Source: Bilabrum cf. latius (lineage: Eukaryota). Taken from it: DNA of 50,734 nt. The stretch covers positions 1,302,001 through 1,352,734 of the forward strand of contig OZ237745.1 of assembly GCA_965178125.1 (NCBI GenBank). The letters run 5' to 3'. Positions 1 to 14,046 of this stretch are shown piece by piece (within the stretch, counting starts at the first letter, position 1; every line of letters starts with the position of its first letter). The notes under the pieces were generated by a model. That model did no database searches, was not told the DNA's origin, and saw nothing but the letters and a program-made list of their open reading frames with translations. The translations under genes were made by a program, and so were the position numbers.

Positions 1-3000
1 GCATTGAGAAGTTCGCTCATCGAGTGTTTGCCTGTTGAGATAGATTTGCTCGCTATCAAACCGGCGAGGGTTGCTCTCAGGAACTGAACTGCACATCGCT
101 TGGCATGTACAGGGCCTCGAGGGGCCTCCTCAACCGCTTCTTCCCACCCCCATCTAGCTATTGCTGGGACTGATCCAGGTTCCAATCCGTGCGCCGCCTC
201 AAAAAGTCTGGCATCGAGCTCTTCCAATGGGGAAGGGTCCCCAGGAGTGTCAAAAGGTGATGCAGCTGCAGGTCGTCCATCGGCAATCTTCGGTTTTTTC
301 ATCTATCCAGCATCCAATGGCCCCTCCCTGGCAGCTGTCATGCCACTTTGCTGCTGCAATTTGATTTCATCAAAGTACGGGCTTTGCGCCCAGGGCACTC
401 TTGGATCGAGCGAGCCCACAGTTGTCGTGCTGGCTGCCCGAAGCGGCGTTGCCAAGTCGTCCTCACTTTCCCCATCATCAGATCCGCAATCGACACCAGC
501 ATCAAGCTAGTTGGGTTGGTCTCTTGCTACAGGGACATCGCCCTGGGGCGTCGATACATCCCCTTTCCGCCCGCCACGGACAGTCAAACCAGGTCCTGGC
601 GGGCCAACTAAAGCGAATGCCGGCAAGTGCGCCTCACCACCGGCAGGAAGAAAGTGTCGATTCAGCAGTCGGAAAGAGTGCAGTACCATGGAATCCAGCG
701 GCAGCAGCGCTCCACGCTTGCCTATATCAACAGATTCATTGCCAGCCTAGCTATCGTGGACTGCCTGTACGTCATCTTCTCCTACTCCTTCTTCATCAAC
801 CATTTTGCGTGATTCTGCGGCACTTTCAGCACGTGGGGAAGACTCTGACGCTGTCGTGCGCCCCGTAGGCCCCGGCTTCCAGGCAACCTCAGCCACCACA
901 CCTGCTTGCGGCGCGGTTGCTAGTGCTATTCTTGGTGGATCGATCAAAAACTTTCGATTCTAACCGCCAAGCTTGCCGAGGACTCGAAGTGCATCGGTGC
1001 CGTACGGAGCTGGGGACCCTAGCAAAAGGGAGGACAGTGCCGCCATCAGAGGGCGCAGGATCGTTGGCTTCGATAGCATCGGGAAAAGGAAGCTTGGGTT
1101 GAGATTGTCGATCCAGAACTCAAGCGTTCGCAAACCGGTCCCAACTAAATCGGTTGCCGCTAATGTTTCGCCGAGCCGTGAGCCGTCTGCCCTTTTCTTG
1201 GAGCTTGCACTGGACAAACTGTCGTCGCGATCGCTCTGCCCGTCTGCACCTGGACTCACTTGCGCTGCCGATGGCGATCCGATGGCTGCGCCCATCGGAG
1301 CCGCGGCATGCTTTCTTGCGGAGCCTGGAGTGTGCGAAACTCCTGCTGGATACACAGCTGGTGCAGCTGCGACTCGGCCATCCCTTTCAACTGGACCAGC
1401 GCCGGTCCCAGCTCCATACTATGGAGACGGGCGTGACCTGAGCGCTAGAATCAACGGGCCCATCAACCTAGGCAGCCACTTGAGCTGGTGCGAAAGTCTT
1501 GCCGGCACGATCAGCAGCAGCTCAGTGCACTGGTCACGGAGCTCCGGGTCGACCATGGTAGATCTACAAGCCAGCAGTGAGTCCAAAATGAGCGGTAAAT
1601 GGGGAGGAAACGCTCTGAACAGGTGGTCTGACCTCGAATTTGCTACTTGCTTAAAAAGTTGTCGAAGCAAGCTGAGATGGTACACTGGTCTCTTGCACCC
1701 CGGCATGCTGCCCAGAATGCCAACGAGGAGGCTGGAAATAAACCGCACCAGGATTCTATCGTGGACTCTGAACACCTTTGCTAGAGAATACAGCACTAGC
1801 CTGCATAGTCGCACGACAGTAGCCGCCCTGGCATGTGGCGGAAAGCATGCCAGTGGCGTCTCAGCAGTGATCGGCGGCGATAGCGGGTCCCTGACGTCTG
1901 GGCCAGGAGGCGGTGGAGTTCTGTTTACACCAGGCCGCGGCCCTTCTCCTGGCCTCCCCTCAGCCGACGGCCCATCTGAAGTCGCGATCAAAGCTGTATT
2001 TAGGGCATCGTAAGCATGTGCGGGGTCGTCTGCCGACAAGAGGTAAAGATGCCTCGAGATGAACTCCAAGAACTCCTCGGCAAATACCGGAGCACTGTCC
2101 GGGCTACTCATCAGGATGGTTGCAATCACTTGGGATGGCGGGTGAGCCACGAAGTACCGGAACAGCATTGGCATTGTCTTGCCGGCCAGTATTTCCCGGA
2201 GATGGATCGTAGGAAGGATGCTAAGCACGCCAGCAATGTGCTCGAAGCACTTGCGCTGGTCATCTGCAATCTTCTGGGCAACATCATTGGCTGCCTCCAG
2301 GGCTTCATCGGCAGCAGTATACTCGCCCTCAGAAGTGGCCGCTGCAGTGCTGTGTGCAGGACCTCCGCTGAGATCCTCTGCAGCGCACAGAGCAGTTGGG
2401 CGCCCATCCGCACCTGGAACCCTGGGCAACACTGGGCGGGCATGCTCGCCCGAATCAGCGCCTTGAGCGCCAGATCCTGCAAACCCGAAGACAGGCATTT
2501 CGCTCGAGCCATCCTCGAAGCACCCCTGCGTGCCAGATAGTGGGAGAGTGCGCATGCCAGCACCAAGGCCTGCGCCAGCAGCAGCGCTAGCCACAGACAG
2601 CTGGACACCACGCTCATCGAACGATGTCGCGCGCTGCCACCGAGCTGAGGACCATCGCAACCTCTGTGCTGCGGCTCGGTATGCATCGCCAGGAGCTGGG
2701 GTCGCGCCGGTGACCGGCTAGCTCCCAGCTGTAGACGCGCTGAGCGAGCTTGCACCCCCGGCAAGGGCGGAGCGGTTCAGAGCCTGCTGATGGTACGCAG
2801 TGCGAGCGTCGGACCTGGATGCACCAGGTGCCCACTCCGAGGCCACAAGAGCCAGCGATGAGCGCACAGAGTGCGGTCTAAACGCTGAGACACCCCCATG
2901 TGCCGTTGCTTCATCAGAGGCCAAGCGAACGATTCGAGCTGCTGCATGGGCGGAGTCGTCAGCAGAGTGGATTCTCGTGCACTCCAGCAGGTACCGCACA

Positions 3001-6000
3001 GCATCCCTCAGCATACTGACTTCTTGCTCCGACAAGCGACAGGCCGGAAGGACAGAGCTCCGCGTTGCGTCCAGGCTGAACTCGGCCGAGACTCCAGGAA
3101 TACTTGACTCACCTTGAGGCCGGGGCGGCTTCAGCTTTAGCTCGGCAGCTCGGGCTGCTGCTCTCGCTCTCCCCTCGGTTCGAACAGGGAAGTTGAGCAC
3201 GCACCACGTGAGCGTCTTGAGACCAAGCCCCATGGTCCGAAGAAGATCACGCATTGACCTAGATCCGTCAAGTGATGACCCGGCGTGGCCTTCGTGGTCC
3301 TCTTGCTCCGAGTCCGAGCGCGGGTCAGCGGTCTGCGCAGTGGGAGGCACACCTTGGGATGAGCGCCACCACGGCCCTTCGGCTCCAGGTGCAGCAAGAG
3401 AAGCCGATGTCGGGAAGCCTAAACCGTCAACAGGATGCGCCTTCCATCGCTGTCGCTGCCGCCGCAATGCCAGCCGCCGGCGCAAAGCACCGCGACGGAA
3501 TCGCATCCGCAGAGAATCAGCACTGCGTTCGGCTCCATCCTAAGACTTGGCAAGCTGCATCATGGCCCGAGCTTCCTAAAGCGCCTCTGCTCCTGCAATG
3601 GCTGCGCCCACTTCGCCTTCATCATCGGCATCCGCGTCCTCTTCTTCCGATCCAGCCAAAAAAGCATACATCTCGGCGTTCCCCGAGGAGCGCTCTCCAG
3701 ACAGACTGGCTATGCCACCAGCCTTGCGCAGCGGACACTTGTCGTCTTCGCCTTCTGACCAACCCTCATCGTCACTGCTACTGCGGTGCTGGGGCGCAGC
3801 ATCGCCACCACCATCCATTGCAGCCTGAACACTGTCGCTGGATTGACTCTCAGTGGCTTGCCCGGCCCACCTGAGCATCCTGCGCAGTCGGCGCTGTTCG
3901 AGCACCTGCCTCCACGCCCGACGAACCTGCCTCCGGCGCTCTCGAGCAAGTACGACAGGAACGTACGCTCGAAGTGAATCGAACTTGCGGATTAACACCA
4001 TTAGCATTCGAGTCAACAAGCTCCTCGCATCCTCCTCGCGAGGCTCGTCCGAATGGTACACGTGATCCGTCAAGTTCAGGATTAGACGGGCGCTCATAGT
4101 CTGGATGCCAAGAGGAAGCGTCGGATCGGCAATTATTTGCGCGAACAGACGCAGCACCCTGTCAATCTGGACCATGCTCAGTCTGGCTCGCACGTGGTGC
4201 ACCAGGTCAGCAACTGTGGACAGAGCCTGCGCACGCAGGGCGTCATGCGAGGCCCTGCCGCATCCAAGCAGAGCACCTTCGTCCAAGAAGGTGTCCACGT
4301 CGTGCTGAAAGGCTTTCTTAAATATTTTGGACTGCAGGATGTGACGCGTCCCGACCAGCACATCCTTCCTCAGAGTGACGGCGGAATTCGGGCATCCCCT
4401 CAAAAGTCGCACAACGCACCGCGCAACAACCCGGTGGGACAGCTGCTGCACCTTCGCAGAGCGAAGCACGCTATCGAACTTGCCGTACAGGAAAACCAGG
4501 AAGGCGAGAGCCTTGACCTGTGCCGTGTATAGCTCCACTCTGTGCCGCTCATGCGTGGCTCGAAAATCCGCCTCCGCTTCATCGGCAGCTTTCTTGCTCT
4601 GTGACGCCGGAGATCCGCGTGGAGATGGTGCTGATACCGGCGTACTGCTCGTGGATGCACTCTGAGACAGCTTGGGCGTACTAGGCAGCTGCGAGACGCC
4701 AGCCGTCTCGTCCGACACGTCGCTGCCCACGCTGCTCGAGCCGCCTTCGTCATCCATGGCTGCCTGCCCACTTTCCTTCGCCTGCGAGCTCTGTACAGCC
4801 TGCTACCGCACTGCCTCAATAAGGTCTTGGGGGGGTTCCAGAGGAACTCTGATGTTCAGCATCGTGGCCATGTGCACCGCAAGCGTAGGTGTGTGCCGCT
4901 GAACATACCTCGGGTTGAGCTACAGCACCATCATGATGAGAAGAGGCAGCTCTGTGAGCACCTTGAGCGACTCTCCAGGACGAAGCACCCGCTTGCCGAG
5001 CGCTACCTCCCGCATCCGCTCACGGGTTTCATCGGGCACAGCGATGGCAGTGCAGGGTACGTCGAGGTCGGTGGATTCCTCCATAGCAGGCTACTTGCCG
5101 CTTCCAGCTGCACTGGCCGCCTCTGCCGCCCCTACCGCTGGTGATGATGGCAACGATGACGCAGCCCCAGCCGCGGCGGGGTCGGCCTTTTCCACGGCTT
5201 CTGAAGCCGCTGCTTGCTTCTTCTGCGCGTCTCCAGCGACAGGGATGTCGTCCGGCTTCTCCATGTCGCCCCCAAGAAGGCCAGCTGCCACCACAGGGAG
5301 ATTTTCAAAGGCCTTCTCTGCGAAATGCAGTAGTTTCTCGACTGCCTGTCCAGCCGTGTTGTTGTCGAGGTCTCTGTGGACCTTGTGGATGTCCATCACC
5401 AGCCGAAGACCGAGGATTGCCGTGTCCTCAGGGTCGCTTCGTAAGGCAAGCATGCCGAGTTCAAGCATACGGCTCGCGTATGGCCTCTAAACATCATTCT
5501 CTGGCAGCCTTTGCAGAATCTCGAGAATGAGCTTGCGCGTGTCGTTCTCAATCCCGGGACGATCCTGCGAAACGACATTATATGGCAAGCATGGCAATGA
5601 GACAGGCATGTTCAGGAACCGTATGGCCCCTTTTTAGCCAACACAAACACTAATAAACATGTTAGGACTCACTTGAGGCTGAATGCGCTCGTTCAGCAAG
5701 AACTCAAAGGCTCCCAGCAAGTGCTCTAAAAAGTGCCTGTAAGCCTGCGTGTGAACAACGTCTATTTGGTCCCGCACGCCTCGCACGTAGTCGTGTATCG
5801 TCTACAGGGGCTGTGATGCATCCTTCAGCTTCTCTGCGCGCCTGATGTACTGGGCTTCCATGCTTGCTGTAGCTCGCGAAGAGCTGGAGCTTGAGGCTGC
5901 ACCCACAGTCTGCTAAGCACGACCAGTAGATGATTCTGAGGATGCGTTAGAAGAGACCACTTCGTTCGTCTATCTATCGGAGGGCATGGGGGCACCATCC

Positions 6001-6029
6001 ATTGGAACAGAACCGCTGTTTGAGGACAT
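1..6029 (-). CDS. TRRAP: TRRAP/Tra1 (PIKK pseudokinase of SAGA/NuA4), N-terminal HEAT region; runs off the left edge
   Basis: ORF pieces 5091-5468, 3576-4757, 2718-3506, 1419-2660, 960-1355, 747-947 and 507-689 share one frame and each ends in TAG. Motifs SLKVLTELPLLIMMVL*L, AQVKALAFL, LLLIVPARLS, GLRTLEFWIDNLNPSFL and ALRVLGKLGG match TRRAP/Tra1. ATG at 6029; one intron at 5565-5672. Confidence 0.95.
5565..5672 (-). other. GT-AG intron in TRRAP (108 bp)
   Basis: Donor CAA|GTGAGT and acceptor TTTCGCAG|GAT. It contains an in-frame TAA, and removal joins ...ERIQPQ to DRPGIENDTRKLILEILQRLP. Confidence 0.8.
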
Positions 6030-6372
6030 CTAGATTCAAGGCTCCGTCACTCAAGTTTGTATCCCGGAGTACGCGAGCAGAGTCGGGCTTAATCGTATAA
6101 TACCCACTTGCAAACGAAACCCACTAAATCAAGTGTTCGATTTGACTGAGTACTCAACGACAAAAAATCCGATGAATACTAGCAGGGGCAGTATAAATCC
6201 CATCGCATGGATTCGGCGTCTGACGTTCCGCTGTGGCCTCCAGGATGCGCGGCGCCAAAATGATTTTCTTCGATTTGTAACGTGCCAAATCCGTTGGGCG
6301 ATTGCAAACTGCAACATCCTATCATTTCCCGTAGAATAGCATCAATAATTTGCGTTTTGCATCCTACTTGAC

Positions 6373-7745
6373 ATGGCGGTAACTGGAGCAGCGGTTCCGT
6401 CCCCATCGAGGGGTTCAGTTCGAACTGAAGCGCCGTCTGTCGTGCCTATGAAAGTAATCGATGGACTCCGAGCTGCTGCGATTCTAGAGGAAGGTCTTGA
6501 AAAACTGGCTTTCTTGTCAGTCGTTGAGCCAGATGTTTTTGCTCACAAGGACGAGCTCGCACAAGCTGTTGGCGACGAGGTTCAGAGGACGGTAGAGCAG
6601 CAGCATGCATTGGAAACCAGGTACCGGGACTTGTTGCAGTAGCGAGAGCAGCTTAAAGGGGTCGCCGCAGCTAAAGCGAAGGCAGAGCCAATCACTGAAG
6701 AAATCAGGCGGGTATCCCGTGAACTTAGGAAAAACACTAATGCGCTCTCAAGAGGCCTCAAGGTTAGCTCTACTGCACCTCACAATCACACCAACCTGCC
6801 CAGTTTTGCGCCGGCAAGATCCGAAATCCATTGAACAGCCGCATCATTGCATCGCAGGATAACCCACGAATTAGTGATAATCTGCGGAAGATAGTGCAGG
6901 AGAGGTCTAGACTGTACTCTTTGCTAGCTGCCACAGTGGAGGAGCTGCAACCGAATGTCACGGCATCCCGTGCAGGGGCGTCTGGTACCGGCACAGCTCC
7001 TCCAACGGCAGGGAAGCCGCATTATACATCACTATCATCGTTTGTCGAGCAGGAGCGCGCGGCTCGTGCTCGCTTGGAGGAGCTCGAGCAGCAGCACCAC
7101 GCCGTTGTCCGGCGGGTGGAGTCCCTGCAGCGCACGCTCTACGAGGAGCGCCGCGCCCATGCAGCTGAAGTTCGGCGCAGGCAGGCGCGCATCGATGGAT
7201 TGTAGGCAGACGTGCGCGAAAAGAAGAATAGCACGGCGAAGACAGCGCGAGACGAGCGGAGGGAGGCGGCCGCGCGGACCGAGGCGTTGGCCCGTGGATA
7301 CCATCTGGAGGAGGCCTCCGCGGCGAGCAAGCTGGAGGAGGCCTCGGCGCGGCGGGTGATGGAGGACGCTGCTCACCAGGCCACCGCGAGCGCCCTGTCT
7401 GCCGAGCAAGCGGAGCTGGGCGAGGTAGCTCGCAAGCTGCGCGGGGACACGGAGGAGGAGCTGGCCCGCAAGAAGGTGGCCCTCGAGAGGATGAGGGAGA
7501 AGCGGTAGGCGAATGCCGAGGAGCTGGCCAGGCTGAGGGCCAGATTCGAGGCGCAGTTGAAGAGAGAGGCGGAGGAGAAGTTAGCCCTTGAAGAGGAAGC
7601 CAGGCTGGAGCGAATGCGCAGGGAGGAAGCCGAGAGGAGGAGGAGAGCAGCCACCGCCCTGCAGAGGGTGCTCGTCCCAGCCTTCTTGCTTGTCGACGAG
7701 AGGATGCCGAAGAAGAAGGGCAAGAAGGGCAAGAAAAAGAAATAA
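6373..7745 (+). CDS. IQCG: Dynein regulatory complex subunit DRC9 / IQCG-like coiled-coil flagellar protein
   Basis: Motifs AAAILEEGLEKLAFL, HKDELAQAVGDEV, RELRKNTNALSRGLK|DNPRISDNLRKI, a degenerate IQ-like AATALQR and a KKKGKKGKKKK tail. Intron 6763-6857 (AAG|GTTAGC...CGCAG|GAT). In-frame TAG at 6640, 7203 and 7506; ends in TAA. Confidence 0.75.
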
Positions 7746-7939
7746 CGGCGGTTGCACAAAAGAGTATCCACAACTGCCCAACTAGGCAACCTGTCAGAGT
7801 GACAACCAGCCGCCCTGGACAACCAAAAACCTGGAACAAGCCAGCCAGCGAGCCATGCATCGCCAGCGCTTGGCTCACTCATCACACTAGTTGCCTTTCG
7901 TGAAATCCGTTGGCGACAATACCGTTGAATCGTTTCAAG

Positions 7940-8923
7940 ATGGAGACAGGTGGAGCTCCCACCAGCGTTAAAGCTCATAATAACAGAACAACTTTCATGC
8001 TTGGAACTGGAGATGCGCCGGATATGTACTCTACCTCGTAGCGTGATGCTTTCAAGGGCTTGGCTCCCGAGCCCGAAGACCCGAAGTTCGCTGCTCCCGC
8101 TGCATCAAAGCAGCGGGAGAGCAGGATTGTGCTTGGAAATGATACGTTTGAATACATTTCTACGTTCAAGGCAGACGAGAAGGCCTGGGGTGCAAAAGAA
8201 GCAGAAGAAGGTAAGAGAAATTTGCTTACAACCGCTGCCGAGGAATAATTTATCGGCTAATCTGATCTGATTTGGTACGTTGTAATGTCATTTAATAATA
8301 TTTCTGTGTTGCTCTGCCACGCAGCCCGCGGAAAGTAGATTCTCCGAGACACAAGGGCGACGAGCTATTCGCTTGGCCACGCAGAGTCTGATTTTGGCAC
8401 AACTCAAGCAGACGCATTTGTCACATACAAGGTTGATCCAAAAGACTAGGAGGAAGAGCGCAAACGGCAAGCTGGAGTCAGGAGTGAGCTTCGTCATACA
8501 CATTTTACTTTGGGGGACGCAGAAACGGATTACACGACAACAACATCAGCTGGATAGGCCGCTGAAGCAGACTTGGTTCGAGCGGTGGCAATTGATTCTC
8601 GGCGGGAGCAGGACGCGCAGCAGAAGGCTCGCGTGGACGAGCTCAGGCGTCCCCATATCGATTTTGGCGACGCCAAGCCCGAGTGGACGACTACGAACGC
8701 CTTGCCGGCCCACAAGGTTGGCAAGTTCTCGATGACCAGGAAGTACATGCATGGAACCTCGTTTACGTTGGGAGATGACAAGTGCGATTGGCAGACTACA
8801 TCGTATGCTGCGGAGGGCAAGCCCCCAGAGCAGCGCGTGAAGCTCGGGACAGTGGATGTGCCCAGGCGTGATGTGGATTGGAAAGCTCAACTTGAGAAGG
8901 CAATGGCCACCAAGGAAATTTAA
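7940..8923 (+). CDS. Repeat protein with T(H/S)FxLG...(Y/W)xTT units, probable ciliary microtubule inner protein (SAXO/TEX45-like)
   Basis: About six repeats (TTFMLGTG, SRIVLGND, TSYSLGHA, THFTLGDAETDYTTT, PHIDFGDAKPEWTTT, TSFTLGDDKCDWQTT). Intron 8211-8324 (G|GTAAGA...GCAG|CC). Four in-frame TAGs; ends in TAA. Confidence 0.55.
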
Positions 8924-9104
8924 TTCATCCCCCGATACACTGATTTTATCCCCCCTGTATTTACAACTGCAAGCACTTCCCATGTGCCAGCCGCGGCATC
9001 TGCCGGTGGATGCAGTGCGGCATGCCGTGATACTTCCGGTATAGCCTCCCACGGCCGCCAGCGTAGATGCATCATTTCTCGCTGGATCTGCTTTCCCAAG
9101 TTGA

Positions 9105-10902
9105 ATGTCCAGCACTTATTTGTCCCAGTCGTATAAAGTAGAGCCATGGCCACCATAGCAGCAATCCCAGGAGCCATCTGTAGAATTGCTGCGCAGCACA
9201 AGGTCGTTGGCTCGTCGCGTTGATTTTCACAAGCCATTGGACCCTCCTTCACTGAGGAAACGGAGAGAAGAAGTAATAAATGCGCTAACCAGCGTGTTTG
9301 AACGGTTTGTTGCGGATATGGCGGTCCAGAAAGGTTTAGCTAGCTCTGGGACGGAGGCGAGATAGTACGGCGGGCAGGTCCGAATCTCGGGTTCGTTTCG
9401 GTTGGGCATTACGTCAGAAGGAGACGACATCGATGCCATTTGCATTGCCCCTAAACATGTTGTCAATGAAGATTTCTTTAAGAGCCTTCCTGCGTTGCTT
9501 GCCAAGCACCCATACGTCGATTCGGCGCGGCCCATCGAAGGAGCGCGCGTTCCCCTCATTGATTTGGTCATGCGAGGCATTCCCATCGACCTCCTTTTCT
9601 GCCGTTTGGACCGACGAAGCGTTCCTCAAGTTGGTCTTGATAGCATTTCGACCAGTAGTCTGTCCGGTCAGTCTGAATTCGATCCCCGCTTCGACATTAT
9701 GGACGACCGAGTTTTGATTGGAGCAGACGAGGCCTCTGTGCTCTCCCTAAATGGACCGCGCTGCACGGAGCAGCTCCTGATGCTTGTGCCACCATCCAGA
9801 CTTCCGGTGTACAAGCATGCATTGCGGGCCCTGAGACTGTGGTGCAAGCGGCGCGGGATGTATGGCAACAAGTTTGGGTTTCTCGGTGGCATCAACCTCA
9901 GCATCATGCTGAACTATATCGTTCAGAGATTTCCAGCGTATAGTCCTGCTGGGCTGGTGCTGCGCTTCTTCGTGTGTTTCTACAGGTGGGAGTGGCCCAG
10001 GCATTTCTCGGCCCAGCGCACCATCTACCATCGCGCTGACTTCACAACGCCCGTGCGCGTGTGGGATCCGGAGACTGACGTGCGGGCTAGAAGCGACAAG
10101 ATGCCCATTCTGACCCCCTGCTTCCCTGTCACCAACAGTACCGTGAATGTGAACAGCCATACTCTCCGGCGCATGCAAGCCGAGTTCCTTCGAGGCGTCG
10201 CCGCCACGTTCCACGCAGTCTTGCGACTCGGCGGTGGCTCCAAGGCGATGGAGCAAGCTGACCCCAGCGCGGCCTCATAGGCGTTAGAAACAGCTTCGGA
10301 AGCATGGGATGTGCTGTTCCGCCCGAGTGAGTTCTTCCTGGAGTTTCCATTATACATTGCTGTGCACGTGTGGGCGGATGAGCACGCCCCGGACCTTGAG
10401 GGCGAAACGGTAGCTGGGGCCGGGGCAGGGGCATCCACAGCAGGGGAAGCGCCGAAGCAGACGCGAGCAAGCTCCAAAAATGCCGAGGTTCAAGAACTGA
10501 AGAATGCCTGGAGCGACTACGTAGCCAGTCGCATGCGGCAGTTGATCGTAATAATGGAGCGTGACCGCCTGCCATTCGACCTGGCAGTGCCCTGGCCCAA
10601 GGGAATCGACTGGACCATGCCGATTGGGTACGAACGCACCGGTATATTTTCAGGGGGTGATGGACGGCCTGATAGCGTAGAGTGGGACGCTTCTGAGGTA
10701 GATCAGGATGAGCCTGGAAGCGAATCGATGGCAGCTGGCAAGACCGCATCGGAGGCGGAACGTACTGGCGACAGCGTGAGCTCCACGGCTGCCGTCTAGG
10801 AGTCAACTGAACTAGCTGATGCACAGAACCACGACTCTGCTGCAGGCGATTAGAAGGAGGACAGCGCTGGCATGGCAGGTAGCAGCCGTGATGAGGACAC
10901 CC

Positions 10903-10947
<45 letters not shown>

Positions 10948-11870
10948 CATTCGCTGGCCATGGCCCCCTTCCTGATGCTAGCTAGGAACAGGTGCAGTCG
11001 AGCGGTGCCGCAGGCGCAATAGACGGTACTGCTCCGGCAACAAGCAAAGGAAGACCGATCACTACGTACTACATCGGTCTGCGGCCTTCTTCACAGGGTG
11101 CATCGGGGTAGCCACTGCGATTTCCGGAAAATCTGCTGCCGGATTTCTTACAAGGTACGCTGATCAGCGGATACTCCGACTTCGATCCCAGAATGAGAGC
11201 AAGTTTCTAGCTTCTGCGGGACGTTGATTTACCCCTTGCAGTCTTCGACGGGGCGACGTTAGAACAGGTAGCGCAGGACAGACGGGCGGTGAAGGATGCA
11301 CTTGCGAACATGACATGGCTCGGGCTGCCAAACAAGGCGGCCTAGGCTGCGCTGTCTCGAGTCATGAAGATGCACTCGGCTGCCGACTCTGGCTCTGAGG
11401 AGGCTGGGATAGTGCAGGCCTCTCCTGCTGCTGCTGCAAGTTACGACCGAGATCAGGCCGCTCGCGAGACGAGCTCAGGCGCCCAAGATTCCGCGCCGTT
11501 GTAGCACGTGGACGCTGTGCAAGCTCCAGCTGTAGCAGGTGTCAAGCGACCCCGGGAAAGCCAAGCAGAGGCTGATCTGGCTAAGGGTAGTGCGGCCGGT
11601 CAAGGCAAGCCATCAACTCCCAGAACGTCTAGTAGTTTGGGCCCGAGCAATGAGGGGGGAACTGTGGAACACAAGCGACCGCGCGTCTCAAAAGAAGCCG
11701 CTGCTTCGCAACAAATGGATGTTGGGGTTGTGCAGCGCAGCACCGAAAGCCTTGGGAAGTCCCCGCAGCCCTTGGACCTCACGAGTATCGGAGGGTCGAA
11801 GAGAGGGGGCAAGGGCAGAGGCAAGAAAAAGAAGAGCAAGGGCAAGGTATCCGTCAAGCTGTTGACATAA
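9105..11870 (+). CDS. PAP1: Canonical poly(A) polymerase (about 921 aa)
   Basis: RREEVINAL, the GSFRLG...DDIDAICIAP nucleotidyltransferase motif, ARVPLI, SLNGPR, LWCKRRGMYGNKFGFLGG, MPILTPCFP and C-terminal TYYIGL/DLPLAVF. Single frame interrupted only by TAG; ends in TAA. Confidence 0.93.
10905..10946 (+). repeat. (AGC)14 microsatellite encoding poly-Ser inside the poly(A) polymerase
   Basis: Perfect AGC run that reads as Ser in the PAP frame. Confidence 0.9.
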
Positions 11871-11918
11871 TTGGAGTGCCATGGCTGGCCGTAGGTTGGA
11901 AGTCAATATGTGTGACAA

Positions 11919-13836
11919 TCACCTAAATGCAAACGGGTTATCACGACTCGTATCATTGGTCGGGAGCGGACCGCCTCCGTGGCCGGCGTGGTGGCCGCTG
12001 TGGGCACTGCATGATCCTGCAGCTCGCGAGTCGCCAAATCGAGGCATGGAGCTGCCGAATCCAGCACGAGCTCCGATAGAAGACGTCATTGGCCTCATTG
12101 GTGATCCCGTCTATGCCCTGCGATGCGCTGTCTTGAACCGCATGGGGCTGGGACTCCCCCACGCCTGCCTTGCAATGGGTGGATTTGGCAGACCGTACCC
12201 ATGGCCGCTACCTACCGTGCCGTCTCTTCTCACAGCGCGCTGCGTTAGAATGTGCGCCCCGCTCGTCCTGGGCCTCTGCAACGTGCCAGTGCGCGTACCC
12301 GGGCCTGACAGTCTGCTCGGGGCATACAGATCTGGCAGTCTGGATCGCTAACCTTGTCGACTGCGGGCACGCATGCTTGGATGCGGCTCCAGCTGAATGG
12401 CATGGTGGCCAGATTGCCAACCGCGAGCAGCATATGACCTTGACCTGGCGTCCAAGGCGACCTGCTGCACGAGCGAGGTGTGACATTGGCGACCTTGCGA
12501 AGTGGAGGCGCGAGTCGATGCAGCACGCGAAGTGAATACGGTACGAGACCGAGACGGGACAATCGGCGACATTAGAGCCTGCCGTGACTGAGTGACATTC
12601 CCTAGCATCGTATCATCCGGATCCTCTGTAGATTTCCGCCCAAGCCCCATTCGCCCAATCTATCGTAAAGCTGGACCGGGGGCCGTCCCACAGTGGTTCT
12701 CGACTGATCCTCTAGATACACTGTGCTGCTGGTCTCGTCGATGATTCTATGAAGTTGCAATCGCGCCTGCCGCATGCCGGTCACAGCTGCCTGCCCCCCT
12801 TGCTCCTCCGGCAACTGGCCAATTTTTTGCCTGGCGGATGGCGTGCTGAAACTCCTAATGCTACTTTTTCCAGTCAGATTTTGCTAATTCTGTGCGTGCA
12901 ACAGGCATGGACCTGCCCATCGCAGTGCCAGTGTCGCGCCTCGAGCGTCCGACCGGGTGGCGGCGCCCTCCAGCGTGGGACAGCGCGCCTCGATCCAGGG
13001 ACTGCGGCGCAGTGCGTAGACGACCTGAGCCGTCCGAACGGTAATATCCGTCCTTGGAACCGACTGACGATAGTCCCTATCGCTTTCGCCTTTCCCTGGG
13101 CCTTCGCGACCATGACAGCGGCGGCGGAGGCCCGAAGAGTCCACCGCCCTCGCCGAGGTCGAGGTCGAAAGCGGGTCGGGAGTCGCCAATACCACCGGTG
13201 GCAGCCTGGGATGCACTGTCCCAAAACAAGGACGTCGTCGGCAGCCCTGTGCTGGTGCCTATTCCGCCAGCCCCGCTGTGCGACCCAGGCGCAGTCTTGA
13301 TTCCAGTGGCCGAGCCCATCCCACGCCGACGCTGCATGCTGCTCTTGAATGTACCGCGGCGCCTAGACGCTTGCTTGCTATTTCTACAGGCTTTTTCGTG
13401 CTTTGCCAGTCGGTCTGGGGCGAACTTGCGCCCACAGCAGCTGCATGCGACTCGAATACCGGACGATGTGGCGATTAGCGATTTGGTGTCTCGGCTTGCC
13501 GACGGCGATATTTCAGTACGACCATGGTCATCGCCCGAGCCAGCAAATTCACCAGAGCTGCTCTTTCCTATACTTTTGGATGGAGCAGTTGGAAGCTTCC
13601 CTTGCGCTAGCTGTTGCGCTACATTTCTCGGCATTTGCGAAAGGATTGCAGCATTCTTTTTCGCACATGCTTTTAAATGAAACTTTAATGATGCCGGGAA
13701 AAACTGCGCATGACAAATTCCAGAACATTGAGAATACTCAGTGACTGTTGCAGTTCAAGAGCATCCACCCTCTCATTCACCGTCAACATCTCACCATCTG
13801 GCCGCATATCGGGCACGATCGGGCTCTTCTGTGCAT
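11919..13836 (-). CDS. C2HC zinc-finger protein (ZC2HC1-like)
   Basis: Two C2HC fingers: CPICGQM|FFPASLKFHLKAC, split by intron 13704-13794 (ATG|GTGAGA...CAG|TTT), and CSCCGRKFAPDRLAKHEKAC. Also a WKK*H*EFQHAIRQAK motif. Open through TAGs to TGA at 11919. Confidence 0.75.
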
Positions 13837-14046
13837 AGCCTTGAACGTTGCTCTGGCACTGAGGCCTCGATCCTACTAAGATCTAGGCCTAGAATCCCTA
13901 GGCTTGGCTCCGAGGCTCCGGACGTAAATTTCATGTTGCTTGCCCTTGCACCTTCATCGCTCACTTCAAATACGCAGTATCAATACCAATAGCACATCCT
14001 GTTGCAATTAGGCCTACAGTATCAGATATTAATTGTTTGAGGTCCC

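Noticed and set aside
5487-5489. UAG = Leu (TRRAP NDV*RPY aligns with recalled EVLRPF)
   Set aside because: Single site. Several other conserved sites match Gln, and most TAGs lie in polar, disordered segments. Kept as a caveat for the formal test.
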